A stretch of DNA of 64,000 nt from Psilocybe cubensis. Its lineage: Eukaryota. A program made the position numbers and the translations under genes. Positions 1 through 12,672 of the stretch are shown here, piece after piece (the first letter of the stretch is position 1; every line of letters starts with the position of its first letter). Location of the stretch: positions 2,170,001 through 2,234,000 of the forward strand of contig CM038998.1 of assembly GCA_017499595.2 (NCBI GenBank). The letters run 5' to 3'. Under the pieces are notes generated by a model that was not told the origin of the DNA, made no database searches, and saw only the letters and a program-made list of their open reading frames with translations.

Positions 1-1366
1 CTCTTCCTGGAAAGATTTGAGCCACTAGCGAACCCGAATTGCGGAATAGACATTACCGTTCAGTAATTTTGAGCGAACTTCGGGTTCTGGTGTTATCCCG
101 AATTTTTTGTAATTCAAATCCCCGAGACTGGAGAAGGTAGTTTAAGCGATCAGCGTACTTTTGCAATATAGTATTCAATACATACCATCGCGTGTTTGCG
201 AGAGAGCCCATCCATCTAAAAACAGAAAGGTTTGCATGAAAGTGAAAGTAAGATGTGATATATACTTACCGAGATTCACCATATGAATCCGTAATGAGAG
301 AAGAGCCCATCATTCTACGTAATCTAATGCTTTCTATACGTGCATCTGGATAATGGTTTTCTGTCATAGGAAAGACTTGTCCGTTTAGTGTCGAACATAG
401 TAGCACTCTAGTATCACTGACAAAAGATACTGGTATGTTAGTTAAATGAGTGTAGCTGATAGTGTGACTAACAACTTACCCGCAATGAGCAACTGTCAAT
501 GCCAATTTCTCAGCCGAGAAGAATGGAGTTGCTGGCGCATCCAGGGATTGTAGAACTGCTACAGAAGCGGTAGCGCCACATGCTTGTGCTGCATTATCTG
601 CTGATAGATTTTTATCCACCTGAGAAGAGAACCTAAATATCACGACAATCGGATATGGCAACGGAACATACCTCAAAAAAAGTCAAGGTTGCACGGGCTT
701 CCAAAGTCATTTCTTCTTTATTCGTCCCATCTATCCAAGGTGCGATTGCCCCGCCTTTGAATCGCTTGAAATAGCCTCCAATTTCTTTTATCCACCCAAA
801 TAACTCCGGTATAAGTGATTTGTCTACAGACTCGAATAATCCATGTAGTTCCTGGCGCAAGTATTGAGCTACTGCTGACCCTCCGTGCCTGCGGCTGTTA
901 GTTGGACAATAATCCGAAGAGGAAAATAGAAGGACCTACCCGTCGTAAATTCCTACAAAGAGCACTTGACGCGCAAGTACGTCCCCAACTTGACTGGGGT
1001 CCCAATCAACACCATGATCTCGTTTGAGGGATAAACGTAGTTCCTCTGGCGGTAAGGATAGTGTGGCAAAACCATAGAAATCTTCTTGGTGACTAAGAAA
1101 AGGTTAGTGAACAAAGTGCAGGTTCGGAAGGACACTTGATTTAGTATTTGCCTTCTATTTCCACGCGAGTTCACGACGCCGATGACCTTGGGGGACGACA
1201 ATGGTACTCTTATAGAGCCAGCTGGTTGCACATGAGTAGTAAATGTAATGTATGGACGCTCAGTCCTACCTGGTGTAGCCGCGCGAATGTAATCGTGGTA
1301 TCTCGCAATGCTTCGAGGTTTGGTAGCGCTATGAGACGGAAGCTTCAGCAAGCATCTATAAGCCAT
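1..1366 (-). CDS. PP2C-family Ser/Thr protein phosphatase (PTC6-like, probably mitochondrial); multi-exon, 3' end runs off the window
   Basis: Spliced minus-strand reading gives PP2C motifs RGNRRQILNQED, GIYDGHGG, VAHCGDTRVLL, WMGSLANTR, LGD..KKFGITPEPEV. ATG at 1366 starts a basic N-terminus resembling a targeting peptide. Confidence 0.85.
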
Positions 1367-1770
1367 TGGCACTCTTGTAAAGATTACTGGGCACTGCCAG
1401 CATCCCGCACAATGTGTACCAGAAGGAGAATTGGTGAGAGGTTTGTTCAAGTTACTGATACTATGTTTAGATCAATAGTCGTGACGTTATGGGTCAAAGG
1501 ATGTAACACATGGTTCAACAAGTTCATCAGTCCAGCGCTCTCACACTAAAACATAATTACCGACGAATCCAGTCCCTGCAACATGAGAAATTGTCCGCCA
1601 ATTGGTCGTCAGCTGGAGCTTCGGAAGACACATGCGTCATCCGTACGTGAATCTTTCGTGCGGTTATACACTCTTTTTAAGGCTAGACATCATTTTCACA
1701 AGTAGCGAGGTCGTGAGATATAAAAGTAATGCGGTTTTGGACTGGAAAAAATTGTTATCCTATCTACGAC

Positions 1771-3889
1771 ATGCTGGGGTCTTCCTTTACCTTGTCTTTG
1801 GTTGGGCTTTTGTGCTTGATATCCGACGTTGCGGCAGGGTCTCCTCCGTTGGCCTCCTCGTTCGCTGGATCAACGACCAGTGCGGTGTTCCCACCTCCCA
1901 ACGCTACTATAACAGCCACAGACACATTCTTTCCGGATGCTTCGGACATTGGCTTTGCTGGTCCTACTCCAAGTAAGCTATCAAGTTGTGCATGATATTG
2001 GGTGTTTCTAGTAACCGTCTTCTTAGCTGGAGACGAAGCCAATGCAATAGCCACTGCCCCAGTGAATGCTAAAGTGGACAATTTCTTCCCTCTAATCAAT
2101 CCTGGGGCGCAGGATACGAAGAAAAATAAGCCTTTCGATGTTTTGGTGCACGCCGGAAGTTTAAGTCCCTGGCAATCAGTCGATTCTTTCGGACTGCCAG
2201 ACGCATCTCCGGTTATACCGCAAGGGTGTGAGCTTGTTCAGGCACACCTTCTTCACCGTCATGGAGCCAGATATCCAACATCTGGTAGCGGACCTGCTAA
2301 TTTCGCGGCTAAAGTTCACGCAGCAGCCACAGGTGCTGGATTTTCTGCAACGGGTGCTCTTAGCTTCTTGAACACCTGGACCTATAAACTTGGCGCGGAA
2401 TTACTGACCCCATTTGGTCGTTCACAATTGTAAAATTTCTTTATTTTTCAAATTTGCATAACCAACAGTTATACGAATAGGTTCAACTTGGGAGTTGGGT
2501 TCAGAGTGAAATATGGTCCGCGAGTTATATATTGAAGTAGTACATTGTCACCTAGCTAATACAAATTCTAGGAGAACTACTCAAGGACTTTAAAGATTTG
2601 CCTGTCTTTCGCACAACCTCTGAAGGTATTTTGATGTACGTATTTCCTTCTACATGTGGCTGACGTGGTAACTGTAGCTCGAATGGTAGATTCAGCGTCG
2701 GTATTATTGTTTTTCAGGAGTGGCCTTGAGTTAATGCCTTTCCTTTATTTTTAGCGTACATTTTGCTGCAGGTTTTTTCGGCGTTCAAACGTACCAACAA
2801 GAATATCACCAGCTTATCACCATTGAAAACGATGGTCAAAATAATACCCTTGCTCCCTACGAAACCTGTACTAATAGTAATAATGCTATCGGCTCTTTCG
2901 GAAACGTCCAGTCGGCAAAATGGGCAGACGTTTACACAGCACCTATAATAAAAAGACTCGGAAAAGACTTGAACGGTCTTCGACTTACAGCGACCGACGT
3001 AACTTCAATGCAGCAGTTATGTGCTTATGAGGTAGGCGGATGAACCGATGTCACCAGCTTCCATCTTACAGGTTACCGCTCAGACCGTGGCTCTCGGGTT
3101 TTCCCAGTTCTGTAATTTGTTTACTGAAGATGAATGGAAATCTTTCGAATACTTGAATGGTGCGTCTAACACTTGGATTGTTTTACGTTATGTTGAATGT
3201 GCGTTTTAGATCTCTCATTTTGGTACTCCAATGGACCTGGAAATCCCACCTCCAGTGCAATGGGCATTGGATATGTACAAGAACTTGTTTCACGACTTAC
3301 AAAAACACGAATTACAACTTTTAATACGTCTGTCAATGCCTCGATTGTGACTGACGAAGTGCTCTTTCCACTTGACCAGCCCATATTTGTGGATGCATCT
3401 CATGATACCATCCTTTCTGCAAGTAAGCAAGATCATTTTAATGCCATGGTCTCAGTGTATAACAAATAGATCTAGTATTCGTTGCTATGAATTTTACCAG
3501 CCTTGCAGCAAATGGCCCATTGCCAACAGATCATATACCGAAGGATCAGGTGGGAGATACCCCCGGCTTATTTGAACATTTCTTATTTTATTTTTTAGAC
3601 ATACTTTGTCAACCAAATTGCACCCTTTGCTTCCAACCTTGTTGGACAGGTTCTTTCTTGCTCTGCGTCTACAAAGCCAACTCACATTCGATGGATTCTG
3701 AACGACGGCGTTTTACCCCTTACTGGTATCAAAGGTTGCAAGGCCAATAAGGATGGAATGTGTGACCTGGAAGCCTTTATTTCTGGAATGAAGGCACGAA
3801 TCGCGGAGGTGGACTTCGCATTTGACTGCTTTGCAAACTTTACCATTCCTATCCCTGATAATATAGTCAATGGGCAGTTTCCTAAGTAG
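1771..3889 (+). CDS. Secreted histidine acid phosphatase / 3-phytase; multi-exon
   Basis: Signal-peptide-like MLGSSFTLSLVGLLCL, active-site RHGARYP (ORF 2002-2433), catalytic HD in DASHDT, C-terminal IRWILNDGVLPL...GMCDLEAFI, stop TAG 3887-3889. Confidence 0.9.
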
Positions 3890-4166
3890 TAATTCCTGAC
3901 ATTATAGTCATTAAGATTTTCCCGATAGTAGTACGAGCTGTGATATCATCAACCAATTGTTTCAGTATCAACCAAAGTCATTTTCTGTAATTACCAAGGA
4001 ATTTCGCGGATCGGTCTATTCCTAAAATAGATTAACGATCACGTACCTTTGCATGCTAAGTGTGTCACCACTTACTGCACCACTGAACCTTTACACTCTA
4101 TCACTGGACTCTTCTATAGTCCACTCAAACTGGTGCATGTGTCTCTAGGAACCGGTGCAGTCCAAC

Positions 4167-5090
4167 ATGGGAGGTAGCCAGTCTCTTCCCAAGATAACAC
4201 CGCAAGATCGGGCGATTTTGGAGTAAGCACTCTCAGTAGTTTTTCTGTCATCTTCCTAAACATTTATCTATAGCCTGAAGCTACAGCGCGATAAATTAAG
4301 GCAATACCAGAAGAAGGTTTGGGATTCCACTTCTGAACGTTTTCAATTTGACGTATGAATTCCAGATACAACATGTCTTGGACAGGGAACAAGCAATTGC
4401 CAAAGCTCAGCTAGCAGCTGGACAGAAGGATCGAGCGCTCATTGCGCTGCGGAGGCGGAAGTACCAGCAAGGCCTGATGTCAAAAACAGACAGTCAACTG
4501 GAGAATCTAGAGCAATTGGTAGATCCTCTATCCTCCGATACACGGTGTCCAATGCTGTTAAACAGATTTTCACTACACTATTTAGGTCACTACAATTGAA
4601 TTCTCCCTTGTTGAGGTCTCTGTGTTGCACGGCCTCAAACAGGGAAACGACGTTTTGAAGGAGATTCATAAAGAAATGAACATAGAGAGTGTTGAAAAGC
4701 TATTAGAGGAGACCGCTGAAGCGCGCGAATACCAAAAGGTTTGTTCTCTCCTTCGGACCCGAGTGCGATTCATAATGTTGTTCAGGAAATTGGCGATATG
4801 CTCGCCAACACGCTTACGTTAGATGACGAAGATGCTGTTCAAGAGGAATTGTCTGCCCTTCAGAAGGATATCGTAGGTTGTTTTATTCAAAGGTGTCGTA
4901 AGTTCTGACATCTCGTAGTTAGGAGAAGACAAGGAACCCCATCTCTTCGACCTTCCCACCGTGCCATCCGAAGAACCCCGAGATCCTATCACCGAAGGCA
5001 TGTTTCTTGTATTTACCTTCATATTACACACATTGAAATGCTTTGCTAGACCATCAACTCCAACGTGACAAGGTTCTCGCCTCAGTATAA
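4167..5090 (+). CDS. VPS20: ESCRT-III subunit Vps20/CHMP6 (Snf7 family); multi-exon
   Basis: N-myristoylation start MGGSQS, then KITPQDRAIL, LKLQRDKLRQYQKKIQ, ALRRRKYQ, IEFSLVEVSVLHGLKQGN, VEKLLEETAEAREYQ. The last exon is uncertain (probable GC donor at 4998). Confidence 0.88.
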
Positions 5091-5172
5091 TATTTGCGGC
5101 AGTGCGAATCGTGATGATACACATATGTACACCTATATATACCAACCAACGAGCGTCTATATAATAATGATA

Positions 5173-7217
5173 TCACCAACCCTCAAAATCTCCGAAACCT
5201 ATTTTCCGCTTCTTTTTCGAATCTTCATCGCGAGAAGTGATCACTGCAGATGGAGGTCTTTTCAGATTGAGATACTTGCCAACTCCTGATCCAGCTCCTG
5301 AATTCCCTCCAAAGTCAAGAGTGTTTCCATCTGAACCTATTTTGGTCCCAAACCAATTAACATCTTCCTTTGTGTCTGATGGCGAAGTAATTCCAGGTTT
5401 TGTGCTTTCGGCTCTCTTTGCCAATTTCTTTGCTAGACGCGTTTTATATTCTTCGAAGGGATCTTGGTATCTAATAGGTAACATAAGTGAGCAAGATGTA
5501 GTTAGGAAAAAGTTCAGAGACAAACATGATGACTTCGGTGATGCGGACAGATTTCGCAGGCCGATCCGTGCCAGGTTTTACTGGAAGATTCTCAAGGGCA
5601 TCCAACACATCTTCTCCGCCTACGAGTTTACCAAAAACGGTATGCTTTTTATCCAGATGAGGGGCAGACTTAAAAGTTAAGTAAAACTGTGATCTATGGA
5701 AGGATTAAGATTGTGCGGGCAGTGAAGTTGCAATGAGTAGCGTACCCATTAGTATTTGCACCTTTGTTAGCCATAGCCAAGGTCCCACGACCATCATGCT
5801 TCGCGGCACCTTTCATATCCAATTCATCTCTGAAGGGAGTGCCCCAGTATGACTCTCCTCCAGCTCCAGTTCCAGTTGGATCTCCTGTTTGTATCTAGGT
5901 GTAAGGATTAGTTATCTAGTGCATATTGCTGTAAAGTTCATGAAGGCGCACCATAAAACCAGGGACAAGCCGGTGAAATAGGCAGTTGTTGTATTTTCCA
6001 GCTCTCGAGAGCATCAAAAAATTGTAGCATGTTTTGGGCGCCTATAATTTTTTGTTAAAATTGGGTTTAGACATGATCAAGTCGCAAGATGCACCTTTTC
6101 GCAGTATAATTCCAAATTCAAGCTGGCGCCCCCCAAACTGGTGACGACACGCACATATGCACGCCGTTTACCAACATCCTTTTCTTTCCCCTTCCCTTTA
6201 AGAGGTTTGGAAATATCTTCAAACATCATTTCTTCCTGTGTAACCGTTAGCATGAGATGAAATCAGATATTAAGCCAAGTATACATACTTCGTCCCAGAG
6301 AAGTTTTGAACTAGAACCTTGCGATATATCTACTGACGTTGACGTCAAAGATGCGCCAGCCAAGCCGCTCGAATAAGGAGATATATTCCCTTTAAACAAC
6401 GTTCATATGATAGTCGGTAGAACAGTGGGTGTTGATCGACGTACAAGGAACAGGCTCCTTTGCCTTCAATGCCTTTACGACTGGAACTGGGTCGCTATTT
6501 GGGGTTTGTTCTTTCTTGACCTTTTCAGGTACCACAACATTCGGTGCCGATGCAGTTGGCATGCCATGAGGATTTTGGAGAGTAATGACGTCTCCCCTAG
6601 CAAAAATGTCAACTATGGCAAATCTTAAGATCATATATACTCACTTTTTGAAAGGCACATCTTCTACTAGATCCCTTCCTCCTTTGATACTCTCCGCAAG
6701 AAATACGTTCCCAGTAGTTGCGATTGCGACAATGTGTGAGTGTTCACTAAATGGCTTGAACGATATTGGATCATGAATTTCTCCTGTGGCCTCCTTTCGA
6801 GAATAGTGAAGGGTAATCAAATCTGTAGGTGCTAAGGGCTCCTTGGTAATTGGATTAGTATTGTTGTGTTGTCTAAGGAAATGACGATGAGGCAAGTAAT
6901 ACAGCGTCTTAACATGAATAATACCCACTTCAGCCAGGGTATGATATTGACCAAGTCGAATACAATACCAGTGCCGTCGGTATTCCTTGCGCAAACTGGG
7001 TGCGTGAACGGTTGAAAGGACAGGGCACAACAGTCAAATGGCGTTCTGGCACCGGGATGAGGAGCTTCGGCCTTACTAGAAGAACATCAGACTTATGAAG
7101 TTATAAAATACAGACACAAACACACGCTTTGTATCCTGTAGATGAGGAATGAGAACCATGGAGACCAGCGTGTTCAGCGTGGGTGATATATAGTTTGTCT
7201 GAATTTCCGTGGCCCAT
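5173..7217 (-). CDS. cyp8: Peptidyl-prolyl cis-trans isomerase-like 2 (PPIL2/Cyp8; U-box-like N-terminus plus cyclophilin domain); multi-exon
   Basis: Starts [16 protein letters not shown]. Contains [34 protein letters not shown] and cyclophilin motifs [45 protein letters not shown]. Ends FGDFEGW. Confidence 0.88.
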
Positions 7218-7349
7218 TGTAGTCGAGGTTGAGGTACAAGTTTGGAACCGATCGTTTTACCTAATGCCCGCGACTTGTCGCCAACTGGAAAGGCCTGCTC
7301 TAGTCAAAATTCTTGTCCACGACTTTTACTTCAAACTTCGGCTCTTTTC

Positions 7350-9536
7350 ATGCACGCTCGTCAAGTCTCAAAACTCAAATATGCTCCCAATCACACTACA
7401 CTCAATTTGCTTGATTTTCTTGTTCCTAGTCTAGTACATCGAGCCCGAGCATTCTCGAAACCAGTCTTTCAACGCGATCCTTCCGCTCCTAAAGATGGAC
7501 CCTTTCTACACAGCCAAATCCGCGACCAAATTATGGCGCGTGCTCATGCTAGGCCAAAGGTGTCGGATTCAGCAAAGAACACCCGAAATATTCTAATCAC
7601 TCAGATACAAAAGTCTGTAGAGAGTGGAGATCTTCTTTCAGCTCTAGGATATTGGCGGAGTCTCGAGGAGCATAAGGCGTCCGTGCAGCCCGATGACGAG
7701 GGATATGGTTTACCTGAGTCGACTGAACAGAAGTTGGCTTCTCTTTTCAAAAGTCAGGTTCAAAAAGCGCACGCGGCTCCGTCATGGGATCCAGTAATTG
7801 CTCAAGACTTCGCACTGCGAGCTGCAATTCATGGCTCAGCGGAAGCATTGTATGGTTTAATGCTGGTCCAGCTCCAAATGAAAAGACCGCAGGAGACACT
7901 GGGTCTCTACAGACAATTTATGGCGTCTGTAGATTCCCCAGAAATAGTAGACGACGTGGACGACAACGGGCTTGCAGGGTTGGTTCGTGAAGGCAATGAA
8001 TCTAATTTCGACCACTTTCGTGTCTCGGTATTACTTGCTGCGATAACTGCGCACGCCATGACCGACTCGTTCCGTGCTGCGTTTGATACGTACATGTCGT
8101 CAAAACTTCGCGTGTCTTCCTTTCGCAAGAATTTATTCTTTCAAGAAGTCAATATCCCGTCCGAAGTAGTTAAAAAGGCTCAGAAATATGCCAACAGATT
8201 GGAAATCCTTGCGTTGTTATCAAAACCATCTGCATTATCAAAACATATCATGAATCTAGCGCATCCAAGGACAGCACCTGTATTAATTCGCTTGTATCAA
8301 ACCATCTTGGACGGAATTCACGACGAATCGGACCCATACCTTGCCGCGGATCGCGTCGGTCTATCTGAAACAAGATTGGCTGCAATGACAGAAGTCGGTT
8401 GGACATCCTTTCAGACGGGATTTATTAGGTGTGAACGGAAGGATTTAGCTGCTCAGCTCTGGAGTGATCTTGCAAATTTGGGAATCCAGCCGGGCGTAAC
8501 GATGTGGACAGGCTTGTTGGATGTCTATGCAGATCTTCGTGACTCAACACAATCTATGCTTACCTGGAACATGATGCTGCGCCAAAAAATTGAACCAGAT
8601 GAGTTGTCGTACAGGGCGATGATAGCTGTTCTGTTCGACGACAACAAACTAGATGAAGCTATTCAACGATTTCAAGAATTCAGAAAACGTTTTAAAATTC
8701 ATAATGCTCCTCAACTAACTGTTTACAACACTGTGCTACGAGGATTACTTCGTTCGAAACGGATACTCGAAGCTAATCAACTGCTATCGACAATGCTAAA
8801 AAACGGACCTGCACCTGATGTCGTTTCGTTCAACACTTTCCTTGGATTCTACAGTCGCGAAAAAGATTTCTCAGGTCTCGCCACGACAGTGAACCGGATG
8901 TCAGACGCGAAGATTACTGGCGATGTAGTGACCTTTTCAACTATCATGACTGCCTTATTGCAAGTAGGAGAGAGAAATGCGCCGAATATCATTTTAGGAA
9001 TTATGCAGAAGCAGGGTGTACAGCCAAACGTCGCTACTTATACCGCCATCATCGATCATCTAATGCGGGAACAGTCGAATGAGAATTTGGAGGCGTCATT
9101 GAAGCTACTTGACAAAATGGAGCAGGATCCTGTTACCAAACCAAATGAGGTGACATATACCACAATCCTTACTGGTCTATACCGAGGACGCTGGACTGAC
9201 CGGCAGAGGGCAGAGGAAGTCAGAGGGGACATAGTGTCGCGGATGAGACGGTTCAAAGTCGCGTTCCGTTTACCGACATATCACACACTTATTCAAGCCG
9301 CATTGGATTCACCATACCCGGATGGATATAAGGACGCGCTCGCCCTTATTCAGGAGATGGAGGATCAAGGGATTCCCCGAGTCAATAATACGTGGTATAT
9401 ATTATTCAAAGGGCTGGAACGGTTGGAACAGTGGGAAGCTGTAAACGAGATGGTGCGGAAGATGTGGAGGAGTCAGCATAAGCCAACAGAGAGTCTACAG
9501 AAGGTTATTGATCGTATCGTCAGAAAAACATCGTAG
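7350..9536 (+). CDS. Pentatricopeptide-repeat (PPR) protein, probably a mitochondrial RNA-binding factor; no intron evident
   Basis: Tandem ~35-aa repeats: PGVTMWTGLLDVY, PDELSYRAMIAVL, LTVYNTVLRGLL, PDVVSFNTFLGFY, DVVTFSTIMTALL, PNVATYTAIIDHL, PNEVTYTTILTGL. First in-frame ATG is at 7350 (the ORF track used TTG 7242). Confidence 0.9.
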   Translation: MHARQVSKLKYAPNHTTLNLLDFLVPSLVHRARAFSKPVFQRDPSAPKDGPFLHSQIRDQIMARAHARPKVSDSAKNTRNILITQIQKSVESGDLLSALGYWRSLEEHKASVQPDDEGYGLPESTEQKLASLFKSQVQKAHAAPSWDPVIAQDFALRAAIHGSAEALYGLMLVQLQMKRPQETLGLYRQFMASVDSPEIVDDVDDNGLAGLVREGNESNFDHFRVSVLLAAITAHAMTDSFRAAFDTYMSSKLRVSSFRKNLFFQEVNIPSEVVKKAQKYANRLEILALLSKPSALSKHIMNLAHPRTAPVLIRLYQTILDGIHDESDPYLAADRVGLSETRLAAMTEVGWTSFQTGFIRCERKDLAAQLWSDLANLGIQPGVTMWTGLLDVYADLRDSTQSMLTWNMMLRQKIEPDELSYRAMIAVLFDDNKLDEAIQRFQEFRKRFKIHNAPQLTVYNTVLRGLLRSKRILEANQLLSTMLKNGPAPDVVSFNTFLGFYSREKDFSGLATTVNRMSDAKITGDVVTFSTIMTALLQVGERNAPNIILGIMQKQGVQPNVATYTAIIDHLMREQSNENLEASLKLLDKMEQDPVTKPNEVTYTTILTGLYRGRWTDRQRAEEVRGDIVSRMRRFKVAFRLPTYHTLIQAALDSPYPDGYKDALALIQEMEDQGIPRVNNTWYILFKGLERLEQWEAVNEMVRKMWRSQHKPTESLQKVIDRIVRKTS

Positions 9537-9591
9537 TTTATACATAATTTATCAACTCACTTTTAAGAGATGTTGCAACTTCTTAAATTCT

Positions 9592-9906
9592 TCAGCACTG
9601 AGACTTTGGTGTTGCTTCGCCAAAGAAAAAGGCCTTGCTCAGACCAACGCGCAGATATCGTGCATAGGCTGATGAAATGGGTCAATACTGTTCTCTAGCT
9701 CTGAAAAGATATCAAACGAAGATACCAATGTGGCTCCAACGCCGACCTAACCACTTGCCGAAGAACGGCAAAATAACAACAGCGACGAGCTGCTGAAGTT
9801 GTTCAAGGCTTTCTTCCCATTCCTGTTGTGCGAGACGGTACTCCTCGTCCGAATCGTAGGAGGAGATTGATGATGTGTCGTCTAAGGAGGCGACGGATGA
9901 TGGCAT
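9592..9906 (-). CDS. MIM2: Mitochondrial outer-membrane import protein Mim2; two exons
   Basis: Acidic N-terminus, AQQEWEESLEQLQQLVAVVILPFFGKWLGRRWS, then after one intron AYARYLRVGLSKAFFFG to TGA at 9592-9594. Confidence 0.8.
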
Positions 9907-10055
9907 GGATCAGAGAAAGGAGAGTCAAGACTGACTCGGTTACATTTTGTGACACATATGGCATACAACTCTGATCGGCACCATGATCTTCTGCCGGACT
10001 CAGCCTGAGGTTTACTCCACAATTCCCTTCTGTTACAAACCAATACCTTGTGTCA

Positions 10056-12584
10056 ATGACAGACCACCCGACACACAGGCGGAGGAGGCTGGTTGGCCAG
10101 TCGCTTCTGTATAGCATTTCTGTCTTTGCCAGCCTTGGTGTATTTCTGGTAAGCCCGCGTTTGAGGCTCGGTGACCATCAGTCTGAACTATTGCTACATG
10201 GCTAGTTCGGATATGATCAAGGGTGAGTGGTCGGTGACCACGTAGCATTACTCTCCCGTTCTCACAAATTTGTGTATCAGTGTTATGAGTGGTATAATCA
10301 CAGGTCCATACTTTCGGAAGTATTTCAACTATCCTGGACCTATAGAGACAGGGACTGTCGTTGCTGTTCTAGAAATTGGCGCTTTTAGTACGTTATTCAA
10401 GTGCTGAAAGACCTTTGCAAGATTAAACGCCGTAAATGCAGTCACCTCCGTCGCTGCTGGCCGGGTGGGGGATACCATTGGCCGGAAAGGAACACTCTTC
10501 ATCGGCGCCGTAGTATTTACAATCGGAGGTGCTATCCAAACTTTTACTATTGGCTTCTGGAGCATGCTGTTAGGGCGAATAGTGAGCGGTTTTGGTGTTG
10601 GTCTTCTCTCGTGAGTGCTTTGTGCTATTACGAACCAGGTCAGGGCATGAACTTGCATTGAAACAGGACCATTGTTCCAATTTATCAAAGTGAAATCTCC
10701 CCTCCTAATCATCGTGGGGCTCTAGCTTGTATGGAATTTACCGGAAACATTATTGGCTACTCGTCTTCCGTCGTAAGTTTATCAGTTCCCAATGCAAAAC
10801 CTTGATTGAAATCTCCTTTAGTGGACGGATTATTTTTGCTCCTTCATAGATAGTGATATGTCCTGGAGAATCCCTCTTTTCATGCAATGTGTTATCGGTT
10901 CAATATTAGCAGCAGGATCTTTGCTCATACCTGAGAGTCCGCGGTAGGTTACCTTGAAGTGCATTTTTTACATTCGGCTATGATATAACCGTATTTGACG
11001 AGCAGGTGGCTCATTGACGTCGGTCGGGAGTCAGACGGCATGAGGGTTCTTGCAGACCTTCACGACGGGGATTTACACAACCCTATCGCTGTTGCCGAGT
11101 ATGAAGAAATCAAGGATAAAGTCCGCGAGGACGTGCGTCGGCTTTCTTTGATTTCACTACAGCATGATCTCATGGTCTTCTATAGCGCGAATCTGGTGAA
11201 GCGAGGACATACGGTGTAATGTGGCGAAAGTATAAACGACGAGTTTTATTGGCAATGTCGTCTCAGGCTTTTGCCCAACTTGTGAGTCTCTAGTTCAAGC
11301 TACCTTTGATCCGAGGTTGATAAAGTTGATGTACAGAATGGAATCAACGGTAATCCCTCCTTTGCTTTGAGTTTTTCCTTTGTATCTGACTTACAATTTC
11401 TCAATGGCAGTCATCTCATATTATGCACGTGAGTTGTCGTGTTTCATTATGATTATAGTGACTGAAAACTTGATGGTTGTAGCGCGTGTGTTTGAAGGTA
11501 AATCCCAGCGGTTCTGTTACGTCGCACCTGTGTGCTAAGAAACCTTGTAGAGGCTGGATGGATAGGTCGCCAGGCCCTTTTAATGACAGGCATAAACTCT
11601 TTAATCTACGTCTTAAGCACCATTCCAACGTCAGAATCTCAATTCCTAATGTTTATACACGATCTTACTTTTATTTGATTAGGTGGTATCTTGTGGATCA
11701 TTGGGGGCGCCGTGCCATTCTTCTCTCCGGCGCAGTCATTGTACGTACAGAAAATTCTGAAACTTGTTTGAGATTATAAGCTTTACTTTAGATGGCAGCA
11801 GCTCTAGTTGCGACAGGATGGTGGATGTACATCGATGTGCCACAGACGCCTAATGCTGTGGTCATATGCGTCATCATTTTCAATGCAGCATTTGGATACA
11901 GGTAAGCATATTGGTCGGAACGAAAAATAAAGAGAAGGCTGAATAAAGGTATAGTTGGGGCCCTATTCCATGGCTATACCCGCCTGAGGTAAGGTTATTT
12001 TCTGGTCACGAATTTTCCTGATAATGTTTCTTTAGATCATGCCGCTCAATGTACGGGCAAAGGGGGTCTCATTATCGACGGCGACGAATTGGGCATTTAA
12101 CTTTCTAGTAGGCGAGGTTACGCCGTACCTTCAAGACCTGATCGAATGGCGACTATACCCCATGCATGGATTCTTTTGTATATCCAGTTTTGTTCTAGGT
12201 GGGTTCATTTAGAGCTATGATTGGTTTGACACTGTTGACGAGAGTTTCTGACAGTGTACTTTCGTGAGTTGACGTTGGTGTCTATTTCTCTGCGATGCTA
12301 AGTATGGGACGTAGTCTATCCCGAAACGAAAGGAATTCCTTTGGAAGAGATGGATGCTGTTTTTGGCGAAGGTGTGTGCCTCGTTATTCTTGTTGAGAAG
12401 TTGGAGCTTAATTTTCGTGACAGAGGAACGAGAATCTGCATCAGATTACGCATCAGAAACAGTATCTCTTGCACCAAGTAGAACGTCTGACCGGGAACGA
12501 GGTGGTAGAAGCGTTGAGCCTCACTGGTTTTTCAGACTGTTCAGAAGGACGAATTACAGGTACGAGCCAATACAGGATGAGTAG
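10056..12584 (+). CDS. MFS sugar porter family transporter; many exons including micro-exons
   Basis: FLFGYDQGVMSG, DTIGRKGTL, GRIVSGFGVG, PIYQSEISPPNHRG, SWRIPL, PESPRWL, QLNGINVISYYAP, DHWGRRAILL, WGPIPWLYPPEIMPL..RAKG, YPETKGIPLEEMD. Confidence 0.92.
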
Positions 12585-12672
12585 TAGAACTGTACAATTT
12601 TGTAGACAATATGTCATGTCGCCATCGTGATAATTAAAACCTTGTTTGATGGAGACGCACGTGATAACTTTA

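Noticed and set aside
7242-7349. TTG-initiated N-terminal extension of the PPR protein
   Set aside because: Would leave only 24 nt to the divergent cyp8 ATG; the first ATG at 7350 is more plausible.
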